A DNA stretch of 63,977 nt, counting the filler, from Chiloscyllium plagiosum (Eukaryota): assembly GCF_004010195.1 (NCBI RefSeq). It is 7 parts of one record of this genome, joined end to end, with 100 filler letters (N's around TTAATTAATTAA, not from the genome) between each part and the next. Parts side by side here need not be neighbours in the genome. Positions count along the whole stretch, not along the records: positions 28,172 to 42,990 come from NC_057717.1; positions 43,091 to 48,831 come from NC_057717.1; 5 more parts are not named here. One strand, written 5' to 3'. The notes below the pieces were generated by a model, which saw only the letters and a list, made by a program, of their open reading frames with translations, did not search any database and was not told the DNA's origin. This document shows, piece by piece, positions 35,068 through 46,008 of this stretch (within the stretch, counting starts at the first letter, position 1; each line of letters starts with the position of its first letter). Position numbers and translations under genes: made by a program.

Positions 35068-37584
35068 CCCTCTGAACAGTTCCAGAGATGTAGAGGAAAG
35101 GATAGCAAAGATGATTCTCGATCGGAGTGAGAGAGGCAGGGTAGTTGTCATGGGGGACTTCAACTTCCCAAATATTAACTGGGAACACTATAGTACGACT
35201 ACTATAGATGGGTCAGTTTTTGTCCAGTGTGTGCAGGAGGACATCCTGACACAGTATGTAGACAGGCCAATGAGGGGCGAAGCCACATTAGATTTGGTAC
35301 TGGGTAATGAGCCTGGCCAGTTGTTAGACTTGGAAGGAGGTCAACACTTTGGTGATAGCGATCACAATTCTGTTATGTTTACTTTAGTGTTAGAAAGGGA
35401 TAGGTGTATACCACTGGGTAAGAGTTAGAGATGCGAGAAAGGCAATTTCGATGCGATTAGGTAAGATTTAGGAAGCATAGGATGGGGAAGGAAATTGCAG
35501 GGGATGGGTACATGAGAAATGTGGAGCTTATTCAAGGAAAAGCTCCTGTGTGTCCTAGATAAGTATGTACCTATCAGGCAGGGAGGAAGCTGAAGAGTGT
35601 GGGAGCCGTGGTTTACGAAGGGAGTGGAATCTCTGGTCAAGAGGAAGAAGAAGGCTTATGTTCGGATGAGATGTGAAGGCTCAGTTAGGGCGCTTGAGGG
35701 TTGCAAGGTAGCCAGGACAGACCTAAAGAGAGAGCTCAGAAGAGCCAGGAGGAGACATGAGAAGTTGTTGGTGGATCGGATCAGGGTATACCTTAAGGCT
35801 TTCTATAGGTATTTATGGAATTAAAGAATGACGAGAGTAAGATTAGGGACGATTAAGGATAGTAGTGGGAAATTGTGTGTGGAGTCAGAGGAGATAGGGA
35901 GGCACTAAATGAATATTTTTCGTCAGTATTCACTCTAGAAAACGATAATGTTGTCGAGGAGATTACTGAGATACAGGCTACTAGACTAGGTGGGATTGAG
36001 GTTCACAAGGAGGAGGTATAAGAAATCCTGCAGAGTGTGAAAATAGATAAGTCCCTTGGGCCGGATGGGATTTATCCTAGGATTCTCTGGGAAGCCAGAG
36101 GGAGGAGATTGCCGAGCCTTTGGCATTGATCTTTAAATCATCGTTGTCTACAGGAATAGTGCCTGAAGTCTGCAGGATGGGAAATGTGGTTCCCCGGTTC
36201 AAGAAGGGGAGTAGAGACAATCCTGGTAATTATAGAAAAGTGAGGCTTACTTCAGTTGTTGGTAAAGTGTTGGAAAAGGTTATAAGAGATAGGATTTATA
36301 ATCATCTAGAAAAGAATAATTTGATTATGGATAGTCAGCACGGTTTTGTGAAGGGTAGGTCGTGCCTCACAAACTTTATTGAGTTCTTTGAGAAGTAAAC
36401 CAAACAGGTAGATGAGAGTAAACCGATTGATGTGTTGTATATGGATTTCAGCAAGGCGTTCGAAAAGGTTGCCCACAGTAGGCTATTGTACAAAATACGG
36501 AGGAATGGGATTGTGGGAGATAAAGCAGTTTGAATCAGTAATTGGCTTACTGAAAGAAGACAGAGGGTGGTGGTTGATGGGAAATGTTCATCCTGGAGTC
36601 CAGTTAGTAGTGGTGTACCACAAGGGTCGGTCTTGGGCCCACTGCTGTTCATCATTTTTATAAACGACCTGGATGAGGGTGTAGAAGGGTGGGTTAGTAA
36701 ATTTGCAGACGACACCAAGGTCGGTGGAGTTGTGGATAGTGACGAAGGATGTTGTAGGTTACAGAGAGACATAGATAAGCTGCAATGCTGGGCTGAGAGG
36801 TGGGAAATGGAGTTTAATGTGGACAAGTGTGAGGTGATTCACTTTGGTCAGAGTAACCGGAATGCAAAGTGCTGAGTTAATGGTAAGATTCTTGGTACTG
36901 TAGATGAGCAGAGAGATCTCTGTGTCCAGGTACACAGATCCTTGAACGTTGCCACCCAGGTTGACAGGTTTTTCAAGAAGGCATACAGTGTTTTAGGTTT
37001 TATTAATAGAGGGATCGAGTTCTGGAACAATGAGGTTATGCTACAGCTGTACAAAACTCTGCTGCGGCCGCACTTGGAGTATTGTGTACAGTTCTGGTCA
37101 CCGCATTATAAGAAGGATGTGGAAGCTTTAGAAAGGGTGCAGAGGAGATTTACTAGGATGTGGCCTGGTATGGAGGGAATGTCTTACGTGGAAAGTCTGA
37201 GGGACTTGAGGCTGTTTTCGTTAGAGAGAAGAAGGTTGAGAGGTGACTTAATAAAGACATATAAGATAATCAGAGCGTTAGAGAGCATTTTTCCAAGTAT
37301 GGTGACGGCAAGCACGATGGGGGCAGAGCTTTAAATTAAGGGGTGATGGATATAGGACAGATGTCAAAGGTAGTTTCTTTACTCAGAGAGTAGTAAGGGT
37401 ATGGAATGCTTTGCCTGCAACGGTAGTAGATTCGCCAACTTTCAGTACATTTAAGTCGTCATTGAACAAGCATATGGACGTCCATGGAATAGTGTAGATT
37501 AGATGGGCTTCAGATTAGTATGACAGGTCGGCGCAACATCGAGGGCCGAAGGGCCTGTACTGCACTGAAATATTCTATGTTCTA
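35068..37584 (+). mobile_element. 5'-truncated CR1-clade (HER1-like) LINE, ORF2 pseudogene (APE C-terminus + RT)
   Basis: [84 protein letters not shown]. Multiple stops and frameshifts. 3' tail gggccgaagggcctgt...ttctatgttcta. Confidence 0.96.
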
Positions 37585-37654
37585 ATCCTTGGCGCAACTT
37601 CATAAGCTGAAGGGACGGTTCTGTGCTGTACCTTTCTATGCTCAGAAATTCTAG

Positions 37655-39222
37655 ATAATCCTCTTAGACCACAGCAATCCCTCAGTACTGACTGTCTGAC
37701 ATTGCTACGTTCCCTCAGTACTGACCCTATGGCATTGGTGCATTCTGTCAGTCGTAACCTCTGACAGTGCAGCACTTCATCAATACTGATCCTCTGACAA
37801 TGGAGTGCACATTCAGTCCTGTCCTTCTGACAGTGCTGCGCTCCAGCAGTACTGACTCTCCAACAGTGAGGCACTCCCTCATTTCTGACAATCTCTCAGT
37901 ACTTACTAATTCAAACAGTAGTGCTCATTTAGTACTGACCCACTGATAGTGCAGCATTCCCTCATTACTGACCCTCTGACTGTGCAGCATTCCCTCAGTA
38001 CTGACGCTCTGACAGTGCAGAATTCCCTCAATACTGACCCACTGACAGTGCAGCAATTCCTCAGTACAGACCCTCTGAGAGTGTGGCAATCCCTCAGTAC
38101 TGACCCACTGACAGTGTGGCACTCCCTCAGTACTGACCCACTGACAGTGCGGCACTCCCTCAGTACGGACCCACTGACTGTGCAGCATACCCTCAGTACT
38201 GACCCACTGACAGTGCGGTGCTCCGACACCATTGATCCTCTGACAGTGTGTAACCCCCTCAGTAATAAACGGCTGAAAGTGCAACACTCCCTCAGTACTG
38301 ACCCACTGACAGTATAGTGATCCCTCAGTACTGACCCTGTGACACTGCAGCACTCCCTAAGTATTGACCCTCCGACAGCGCAGCACTCCCTCAGTACTAA
38401 CCCTCTGATAGTGCAGTATTACCTTTGTCCTATCCTACTGACAGTGCGGCCCTCACTCAGAACTAAACTCCTGATAGTTCGACCCTCCCTCAGAACTAAA
38501 GTCCTGACATTGCGGCCCTCCCTCAGTAGTAAACTCCAGACAGTGCGGCCCTCCCTCAGAACTAAACTCCTGACAATGCGGCCCTCCCTCAGAACTAAAC
38601 TCCTGGCATTGCGGCCCTCCCTCAGAACTAAACTCCTGACAGTGCGGCCCTCCCTCAGAAGTAAACTCCTGACAGTGCGGCCCTCCCTCAGAACTAAACT
38701 CCTGACAGTGCAGACCTCCCTCAGAACTAAACTCCTGACAGTGCAGACCTCCCTCAGAACTAAACCCCTGACATTGCGGCCCTCCCTCAGAACTAAACTC
38801 CTGACAGTGCGGCCCTCCCTCAGTACTATGCTCCTGACAGGGCTGCCCTCCCTCAGAAGTACACTCCTGACAGAGCAGCCCTACCTCAGAACTAAACTCC
38901 TTACAGTGTGGCCCTCCCTCAGTACTAAACACCTGAAAGTGTGGCCCTCCCTCAGGACTAATCTCCTGATAGTGCGGCCCTACCTCAGCAATAAACTTCT
39001 GACAGTGCGGCCCTCCCTCTGAACTAAACTCCTGACAGTGCGGCCCTCCTTCAGAACTAAACTCCTGAAAGAGCGGCCCTCCCTCAGAATTAAACTCCTG
39101 ACAGTGTGGCCCTTCCTCAGAACTAAACTCCTGACAGTGCGGCCCTCAATCATAAGTAAACTCCTGACCGTGCGGCCCTCCCTCAGAACTAAACTCCTAA
39201 CAGTGCGGCCCTCCCTCAGAAC
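37655..39222. repeat. 33-bp satellite array in inverted orientation (type B to ~38440, then type A)
   Basis: Units ctcagtactgacccactgacagtgcagcactcc, then agaactaaactcctgacagtgcggccctccctc. Confidence 0.95.
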
Positions 39223-39860
39223 TGCGGGTTGTTGGAAAAATAGTGTTACTTCTGCAATTCCATTTACTTATACAAAGTAAATGAACTCACACCACTGTGT
39301 AATTGTTTTAGCCAAGAGCTGAGTCAATAAGAATGGAAACTATATGGAGGAAATACATAATTGTTTTTGTATTAGCTAAAATAGTATGCCAGAATGAAAC
39401 GTGACTGCAAAACAATGATAGATATTACAGGCGAATAGATAAGATGCTGTGAGGGGAGGAAGTTAAGCTAGATATGCCTGTACAAACAGTAGGTATAAAC
39501 ATCTGTTTCCCACTTTTACAGAAACACAGGAACAAACCCCAATTAAAAGGGTCATAAGGATCAGGGGAAGGTACATATGCAGGGTGTAGATAATGATGAT
39601 GAAAGAATATGCCTATCAATGACCTACAGCGGAATGAGGTCAAACGGCCTTGTGAGGCCAGAAAAAAGCATTTTGTCACAGACAAGGCCGAATAGAGGAA
39701 GGGATAAACATGAGTAATGGGTGCCGGTCTCAGGGAAGTGGAAGATGTAAACAGGGGAGGAGCAATGAAAAACAAAAGAAACCAAATTATATAAACGTTG
39801 TGTATTAATTGAATTTGGGGTGTGTATGTCCCTTGCCTTATAGCCACTGGACATCACACC

Positions 39861-41475
39861 TTCTCCGTTTTGTTCTGTCCAGACGTCCCCAACAGCACCC
39901 TTCCACCGACACTCTCATTTGTTTGGCAGAACTGGTCCTCACCCTTAACAATTTCTCCTTTGAATCCTCCCACTTCCTCCAGACCAAAGGGGTAGCCATG
40001 GGCACACGTATGGGCCCCAGCTATGCCTGTCTCTTTGTTGGCTACGTCGAGCAGTTGATCTTCCATAATTACACCGGCACCACTACCCACCTCTTCCTCC
40101 GCTACATTGATGACTGCATTGGTGCCACCTCGTCCTCCCGCGAGGAGGTTGAGCAATTCATCAACTTCACCAACACATTCCACCCTGAGCTTAAATTTAC
40201 TTGGACCATCTCTGACAACTCCCTCCATTTCCTGGAACTCTCCATCTCCATTCATGACGACCGACTTGACACTGACATTTTTTACAAACCCACCGACTCC
40301 CACAGCTACCTGGATTACACCTCTTCCCACCTACCTCTTGCAAAAATGTCATTCCGTATTCCCAATTCCTCCGCCTCCGCCGGATCTGCTCCCAGGAGGA
40401 CCAGTTCCACCACAGAACACACCAGATGGCCTCCTTCTTTAGAGACCGCAATTTCCCTTCCCACGTGGTTAAAGATGCCCTCCAACGCATCTACATCCCG
40501 CACCTCCGCCCTCAGACACCACCCCTCCAACCGTAACAAGGACAGTACGCCCCTGGTGCTCAACTTCCACCCTACAAGCCTCCGCATAAACCAAATCATC
40601 CGCCGACATTTCCGCCACCTCCAAACAGACCCCACCACTAGGGATATATTTCCCTCCCCACCCCTTTCCACCTTCCGCAAAGACTGTTCCCTCCGTGACT
40701 ACCTGGTCAGGTCCACGCCCCCCTACAACCCACCCTCCCATCCTGGCACCTTCCTCTGCCACCGCAGGAACTGTAAAACCTGCCCCCACACCTCCTCCCT
40801 CACCTCTATCCAAGGCCCTAAAGGAGCCTTCCACAACCATCAAAGTTTTACTTGCACATCCACTAATATCATGTATTGTATCCGTTGCTCCCGATGCGGT
40901 CTCCTCTACATAGGGGAGACTGGGCGCCTCCTAGCAGAGCGCCTAGTGATCATCTCCGGGACACCCGCACCAATCAACCACACTGCTCCGTGGCCCAACA
41001 TTTCAACTTCGCCTCCCACTCTGCCGAGGACATGGAGGTCCTGGGCCTCATTCGCCGCCGCTCCAATACCAGATGCCTGGAGGAAGAACGCCTCATCTTC
41101 CGCCTCGGAACACTTCAACCCCAGGGCATCAATGTGGACTTCACCAGTTTCCTCATTTCCCCTTCCCCCACCTCACCCTAGTTCTAAACTTCCAGCTCAG
41201 CACTGTCCCCTTTACTTGTCCGGACTTGTCCTACCTCCTTTTCCACCTATCCACTCCACCCTCTCCTCCATGACCTGTCACCTTCATCCCCTCCCCCACT
41301 CACCCATTATACTCTATGCTACTTTCTCCCCATCCTCACCATCCTCTAGATTATCTCTCCAGCTCCAGGCTCACTGCCTTTAATCCTGATGAAGTGCTTT
41401 TGCCCGAAACGTCGATTTCGAAGCTCCTTGGATGCTGCCTGAACTGCTGTGCTCTTCCAGCACCACTAATCCAGA
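39861..41475 (+). mobile_element. 5'-truncated Penelope-like element (RT + GIY-YIG, probably Neptune-type), frameshifted
   Basis: LTLNNFSF..FLQTKGVAMGTRMGPSYACLF, LRYIDD, Cys-rich linker CHRRNCKTCPH, YCIRCSRCGLLYIGETGR. TSD ATCACACC at 39853-39860 and 41476-41483. Confidence 0.95.
41382..41417 (+). ncRNA. Minimal type I hammerhead ribozyme motif in the Penelope pLTR
   Basis: AATC-CTGATGA-AGTGC-TTTT-GCCC-GAAAC-GTC-GATT: core CUGAUGA and GAAA, GUC cleavage triplet, stem I AATC/GATT, palindromic ACGT in place of stem III. One mismatch in stem II. Confidence 0.85.
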
Positions 41476-41573
41476 ATCACACCCTCTTGCAAGTGTAAAA
41501 TAAAGGACACTACTGATTTAGATTTTGTCTCGGGCTGCAATTATTAAAGTGTGTGAGCTTTGTTTCTGACAAT

Positions 41574-41590
41574 TGGGTGCTCTCCAGGAT
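41574..41590 (+). promoter_or_regulatory. Primer-binding site, tRNA-Pro-like (degenerate)
   Basis: TGGGTGCTCTCCAGGAT, 2 nt after the LTR end, versus the tRNA-Pro PBS TGGGGGCTCGTCCGGGAT (two substitutions, one deletion). Confidence 0.75.
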
Positions 41591-41753
41591 ATTCTTCCAT
41601 CGCCGGGGGAATGGCTGACCTTGGACACTGGGAACACGCGTCCCGTTCCCAATTGAGGAGCGGTCTCGTGTCCCGGTTTGGTCCGCTCCCTTGGGCGACT
41701 GGTAAGGATCCCACAAGAGAGACATCTGAATCAGACAGTGATAGGAGCTCGAC

Positions 41754-42242
41754 AGAAAATACGGCGAAAAGGGAATGAACCCTGAGGACCTAGTGGCACA
41801 GGGTCTTTTGAAAGTACATTTTGTGACAAAGGCATGGCCAGACATACAGAGAAAGATACAGAAGATAGAAGGGTGGAGTGAAAAACCATTAGATGAATTG
41901 TTAAGAAAGGCAAAGAAAGTGTTTGGAAACAGAGAGGATGAGAGACAAAAACAGAAGGTGAAAATAATGGTAGCTTCTGTTGATGAGGTAGTTCTGGAAA
42001 GAATGGAACCAATAGTGAGCAACCGGAGCGGCGGATGGCAACATATAGGACAGAGAGGAAGAGGGAGAGGGAGAGGACAAGGCGGATCTTTTGATAGAGG
42101 GTTCGGGCGACATGGGCAGAGATGGGGGTCTCCACAAGCAGGATGCTATTATTGCAGAACGATTGGGCATTTTAAGCGGGAGTGTCCTGAACTACAAAGG
42201 GAAGAAAGGACAATTCTGCTTATGAATTTTGATGAAGAATAG
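41754..42242 (+). pseudogene. gag: ERV Gag C-terminal remnant (end of capsid + nucleocapsid with one CCHC knuckle)
   Basis: RKYG..GMNPED..LLKVHFVTKAWPDIQRKIQKIEGW, an RG-rich stretch, CYYCRTIGHFKREC (CX2CX4HX4C), ending TAG at 42240-42242. Matrix and most of capsid are missing. Confidence 0.92.
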
Positions 42243-43226
42243 GGGTGTCAGGGGTTCCTGCCCTCGGGGGCTCACCAGGAACCCTTGATAAACTTGAAGG
42301 TGGGACCCTGTAGGGAAGAGGTAGTCATCGCTGAATTTTAAACCAAAGAAAGTGGGAATGTCGACACGGTCAATTACTGTTTCCGTCGTAAAATGGGAAG
42401 GATTTACTGTTCCAGTATTTGAACCAATGATGATAGAAGGTCCTAAGCATTGAGTCACAGGGGAACTGTTGTATATCCCTGATATAGGAAGTAACTTACA
42501 AGGGAGAAACTTAATTATCCTCTTCGGACTGGAGATTGGAATTCAGGAAAAAGAATTAGTTGTATAAATAGCAATGTTGACAGAGGATGTGGAGAGAGAG
42601 ATGGACCCTATTGTATGGGCTCGAGAAGGGAATCGTGGAAAACTACAGATCCCTCCCCTTCTAATAAATTTAAAAAGGAAAGGGGACGTTGTCTGTGAGC
42701 GACAATATCCCATTTCCATAGAAGGTAAACGAGGACTGCAGCCAGTAATTGAAGGACTGATTAGAGATGGACTGTTGGAGCCATGTATGTCTCCTTATAA
42801 TACCCCAATTCTCCCAGTGCGGAAATCTGATGGAACTTATCGATTGGTGCAGGATTTGAGAACATTAAATCGAATAGTACAGATCAGGCACCCAGTGGTG
42901 CCAAATCCCTATACATTATTAAGTAAGATCCCTCATGACCACAAATGGTTTAGTGTGATAGATTTAAAGGATGCCTTTTGGGCTTGTCCCNNNNNNNNNN
43001 NNNNNNNNNNNNNNNNNNNNNNNNNNNNNNNNNNTTAATTAATTAANNNNNNNNNNNNNNNNNNNNNNNNNNNNNNNNNNNNNNNNNNNNAGAGACTAAG
43101 ATGCAGCCAGACTGGGAAGGGCCGTACCAGGCTCTTTTGACTACCGAAACGGCAATAAGGATGGCGGAGAAAGGCTGGACTCATTACACTTGGATCAAAG
43201 GGCCAGTGGACCCTCCAGTTGAGTAA
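42243..43226 (+). pseudogene. pol: ERV pro-pol remnant (protease lacking the catalytic motif, RT N-terminus, gap, integrase C-terminus)
   Basis: In frame after TAG: GCQGFLPSGAHQEPLINLKVGP. RT: QYPIS..SPYNTPILPVRKSDGTYRLVQDLR..VVPNPYTLLS..FSVIDLKDAFW. After the gap: QPDWEGPYQALLTTETAI..KGWTH (GPY/F region). Confidence 0.93.
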
Positions 43227-43364
43227 GAAGTCTGGACAGCCGAATCAACGCAAGACCCGCTGAAACCCAGACTAAAGAGACTTTGAGTAACTGATTATTC
43301 AGTGGCGATGCGAGCGCGGGATTATTTATGTAAGATTGTATGTTAAGTCTTTTTGTGCATCAGC

Positions 43365-45237
43365 ATGATGATTAGAATACTGGGAATGCTTAGAGTTATG
43401 ATTCTAGCCCTCTTAGTTTTGGGATTTTGTCAAATATCATTTTGATATGTATTATTAACGGTTCCTGAGTCTGATAATCCACAAGTAATAGACGCTGATG
43501 CATGCAGCTTAGTAAATTGTGGGGATGTAGATAACCAGAGACAGTACTGCGGCTCTGAGATACATCTTAAGTCCTATGGGGATGGCCTCGGGATGGTACT
43601 TGGTATAATGGTCTCGTCACAGTACACTGGGCCCCCTTCCGACCAGCTCGCGATTGTCCCGATAAAAAGTGTAACCCAATATACCTAACAATAAGAAAAA
43701 CCACATGGCACGAAGCAATTCGGGGGGTGGGGGCACCTATGAGATACAATTAAGTGAAACATTTGGGATAGAAATGAAAGCAAATGGGAAGGATTTCTTG
43801 GGCTGTTGTTTTCGAATTAGCGTAGGACAGGGAAAACGAGTAGAACTACTTGGTAATAAGATACAACATTTCACCCCTCCCGTTGATCCAAAAGTATTAA
43901 ACGTTGTCGAGGTAAAGGACTTGAAACGGACTATCGAAATAGAAACTGGGTACGGGGATGCAAATGCCTAGGTTGAATGGGTAAAGTATACTGTAAAAAG
44001 TCTGAACAAGAGCAATTGCTATGCATGTGCCTCCGGTAGGCCAGTGGCCCAGGTGGATCCCTTTCTGTTCGGGTGGAAGCGAGACAGGAAGGGCATGAAA
44101 TATATGATAGCCCTGTACCAGGATGAGACTGTATGGAATAATAGGATTTGTACCTCCCTATCTCTGATGTTCCCTCCCTTGGAGAAGAAAGTTGCAAAAG
44201 TCCACCCCGCACATTTCCACCGCATTAGAAATCACATGTCGTGTGTACGTAGATGAAGTACAAGTCGGTCGAGAGATTTGGGGGAGCTGAAATTATGTAC
44301 AGAGATTAAAAATGTTACCGAAACGGAGAAGGGAGGGAACTACTCAGCACTAAAGGTTCCCCGAGCGGCAAAATATTGAGACCCACGCTACCTCCGGATT
44401 GGAGACGGATATGTGCAATTGTACAATTGGCAATTCCATTTACCCTGGAAGGAAAAGATAGTAGGGAAAAAGGGAAGGGGTAAGAGATTACTGTTAGACA
44501 TTTCTTTCGATGACAGGATTTATCTCGATTCGGTAGGAGTCCCTCGGGGGGTACCTGATGAATTCAAGGCTCATAACCAGATTGCAGCAGCCTTTGAGTC
44601 GGCTCTCTTTTGGTGGGTAACAATTAATAAAAATGTAGATTGGATAAATTATATTTTCTATAATCAACAGCGATTTAAAAATTATACAAGAGATGCGGTT
44701 AAAGGAATATCAGAACTGCTTGATGCGACAAGTAGGATGGCATGGGAAAACAGAATGGCCCTTGATAAGATTTTAGCAGAAAAAGGGTGTGTGTGTGTGA
44801 TGTTATGAGGAAGCTGTTGTACCTTTATTCCTAATAACACTGCACCTGATGGTTCAATTACTCGGGCCTTAAGGGAAGTGACTACCTTAGCAGAGGAACT
44901 GGCTGAGAATTCAGGAGTAGACACATCTCTCACGGGATTGCTTGAATCATGGTTTGGAAAATGGCAGGGGGTGGTGGTTTCTAACCTTACTTCCCTGATA
45001 GTAGTAGTGGGGGTATTGGTGGCCTTTCGTTGTTGTATCATACCCTGTATACGAGGGCTCACCCAAAGATTGATTGAGACAGCCTTGATGAAACAGATGC
45101 CCCTAAAAGAGAATCAGGCAGAGGAACTTTATCGACGAAGTAATGAGGGGATGAGTGAGACCAGGATGGATGAAATCTCTGGAATGATGCTTGCGAATTT
45201 CCGGGGTAATGCTCACAAGAATAATTGCAGAAGATAA
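43365..45237 (+). pseudogene. env: ERV envelope pseudogene (gamma-type TM)
   Basis: Signal-like MMIRILGMLRVMILALLVLGFC, CYAC (CXXC) near 44017, furin-like RGKR, immunosuppressive-domain-like WENRMALDKILAEKG, CVML*GSCC (CX6CC) and a hydrophobic anchor LIVVVGVLVAFRCCIIPC. Several stops and frameshifts. Confidence 0.93.
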
Positions 45238-45249
45238 CAAATGGTAATT

Positions 45250-45267
45250 AAAGAAAGAAGGGGAAAT
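45250..45267 (+). promoter_or_regulatory. Polypurine tract
   Basis: AAAGAAAGAAGGGGAAAT immediately before the TG of the 3' LTR. Confidence 0.88.
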
Positions 45268-46008
45268 TGTGGGATGTGGGATAAATAGTGTTACTTCTGC
45301 AATTCCATTTACTTATACAAAGTAAATGAACTCACACCACTGTGTAATTGTTTTAGGCAAGAGCTGAGTCAACAAGAACGGAAATTATGTGGAGAAAATA
45401 CATAATTGTTTTTGTTTTAGCTAAAATTGTATGCCAGAATGAAACGTGACTGCAAAACAATGGTAGACATTACAGGCGAATAGATAAGATGCTGTGAGGG
45501 GAGGAAGTTAAGCTTGATATGCCTGTACAAACAGTAGGTATAAACATAAGTTTCCCACTTTTACAGAAACACAGGAACAAACCCCTTTTAAAAGGGTTAT
45601 AAGGATCAGGGGAAGGTACAGATGGAGGGAGTAGATAATGATGAAGAAAGAATATGCCTAACAATGACCTCCAGCGGGATGAGGTCAAACGGCCTTGTGA
45701 GGCCAGATATAAGAATTTTGTCACAGGCAAGGCTGGATAGGGCAAGAGATAAACATGAGTAATGAGTGCCGGTCTTAGGGAAGTGGAAGATGTAAACAGG
45801 GGAGGAGCAATGAAAAACAAAAGAAACCAAATTATATAAATGTTGTGTATTAATTGAATTTGGGGTGTGTATATCCCTTGCAAGAGAGTGTGATGTCACT
45901 GGACATCACACCCTCTTGCAAGTGTAAAAAAAGGACACTACTGATTCAGATTTTGTCTCAGACTGCAATTATTGAAGTGTGTGAGCTTTGTTTCTCACAC
46001 TACTGACA
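45268..46008 (+). repeat. ERV 3' LTR
   Basis: TGTGGGATGTGGG...TACTGACA, a direct repeat of the 5' LTR. Confidence 0.93.

Larger units (their letters stand above)
39223..41571 (+). repeat. ERV 5' LTR (39223-39860 + 41476-41571), split by the Penelope-like insertion
   Basis: Starts tgcgggttgttggaaaaatagtg and ends tttctgaca. Matches 45268-46008. TATATAAA near 39788 and AATAAA near 41499. Confidence 0.92.
39223..46008 (+). mobile_element. Defective endogenous retrovirus, class I (gamma/epsilon-like), two LTRs with gag-pro-pol-env remnants
   Basis: Paired ~740-bp TG...CA LTRs, PBS, CCHC gag, gag-TAG-pro, RT, IN C-terminus, env with CX6CC, and PPT, all in canonical order. Confidence 0.96.

Noticed and set aside
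39809..41383. 524-aa ORF read as an intact Penelope protein
   Set aside because: It starts in LTR sequence and is 5'-truncated. It leaves the true frame after YTSSH, regains it through a compensating frameshift, and shifts again after the GIY-YIG motif.
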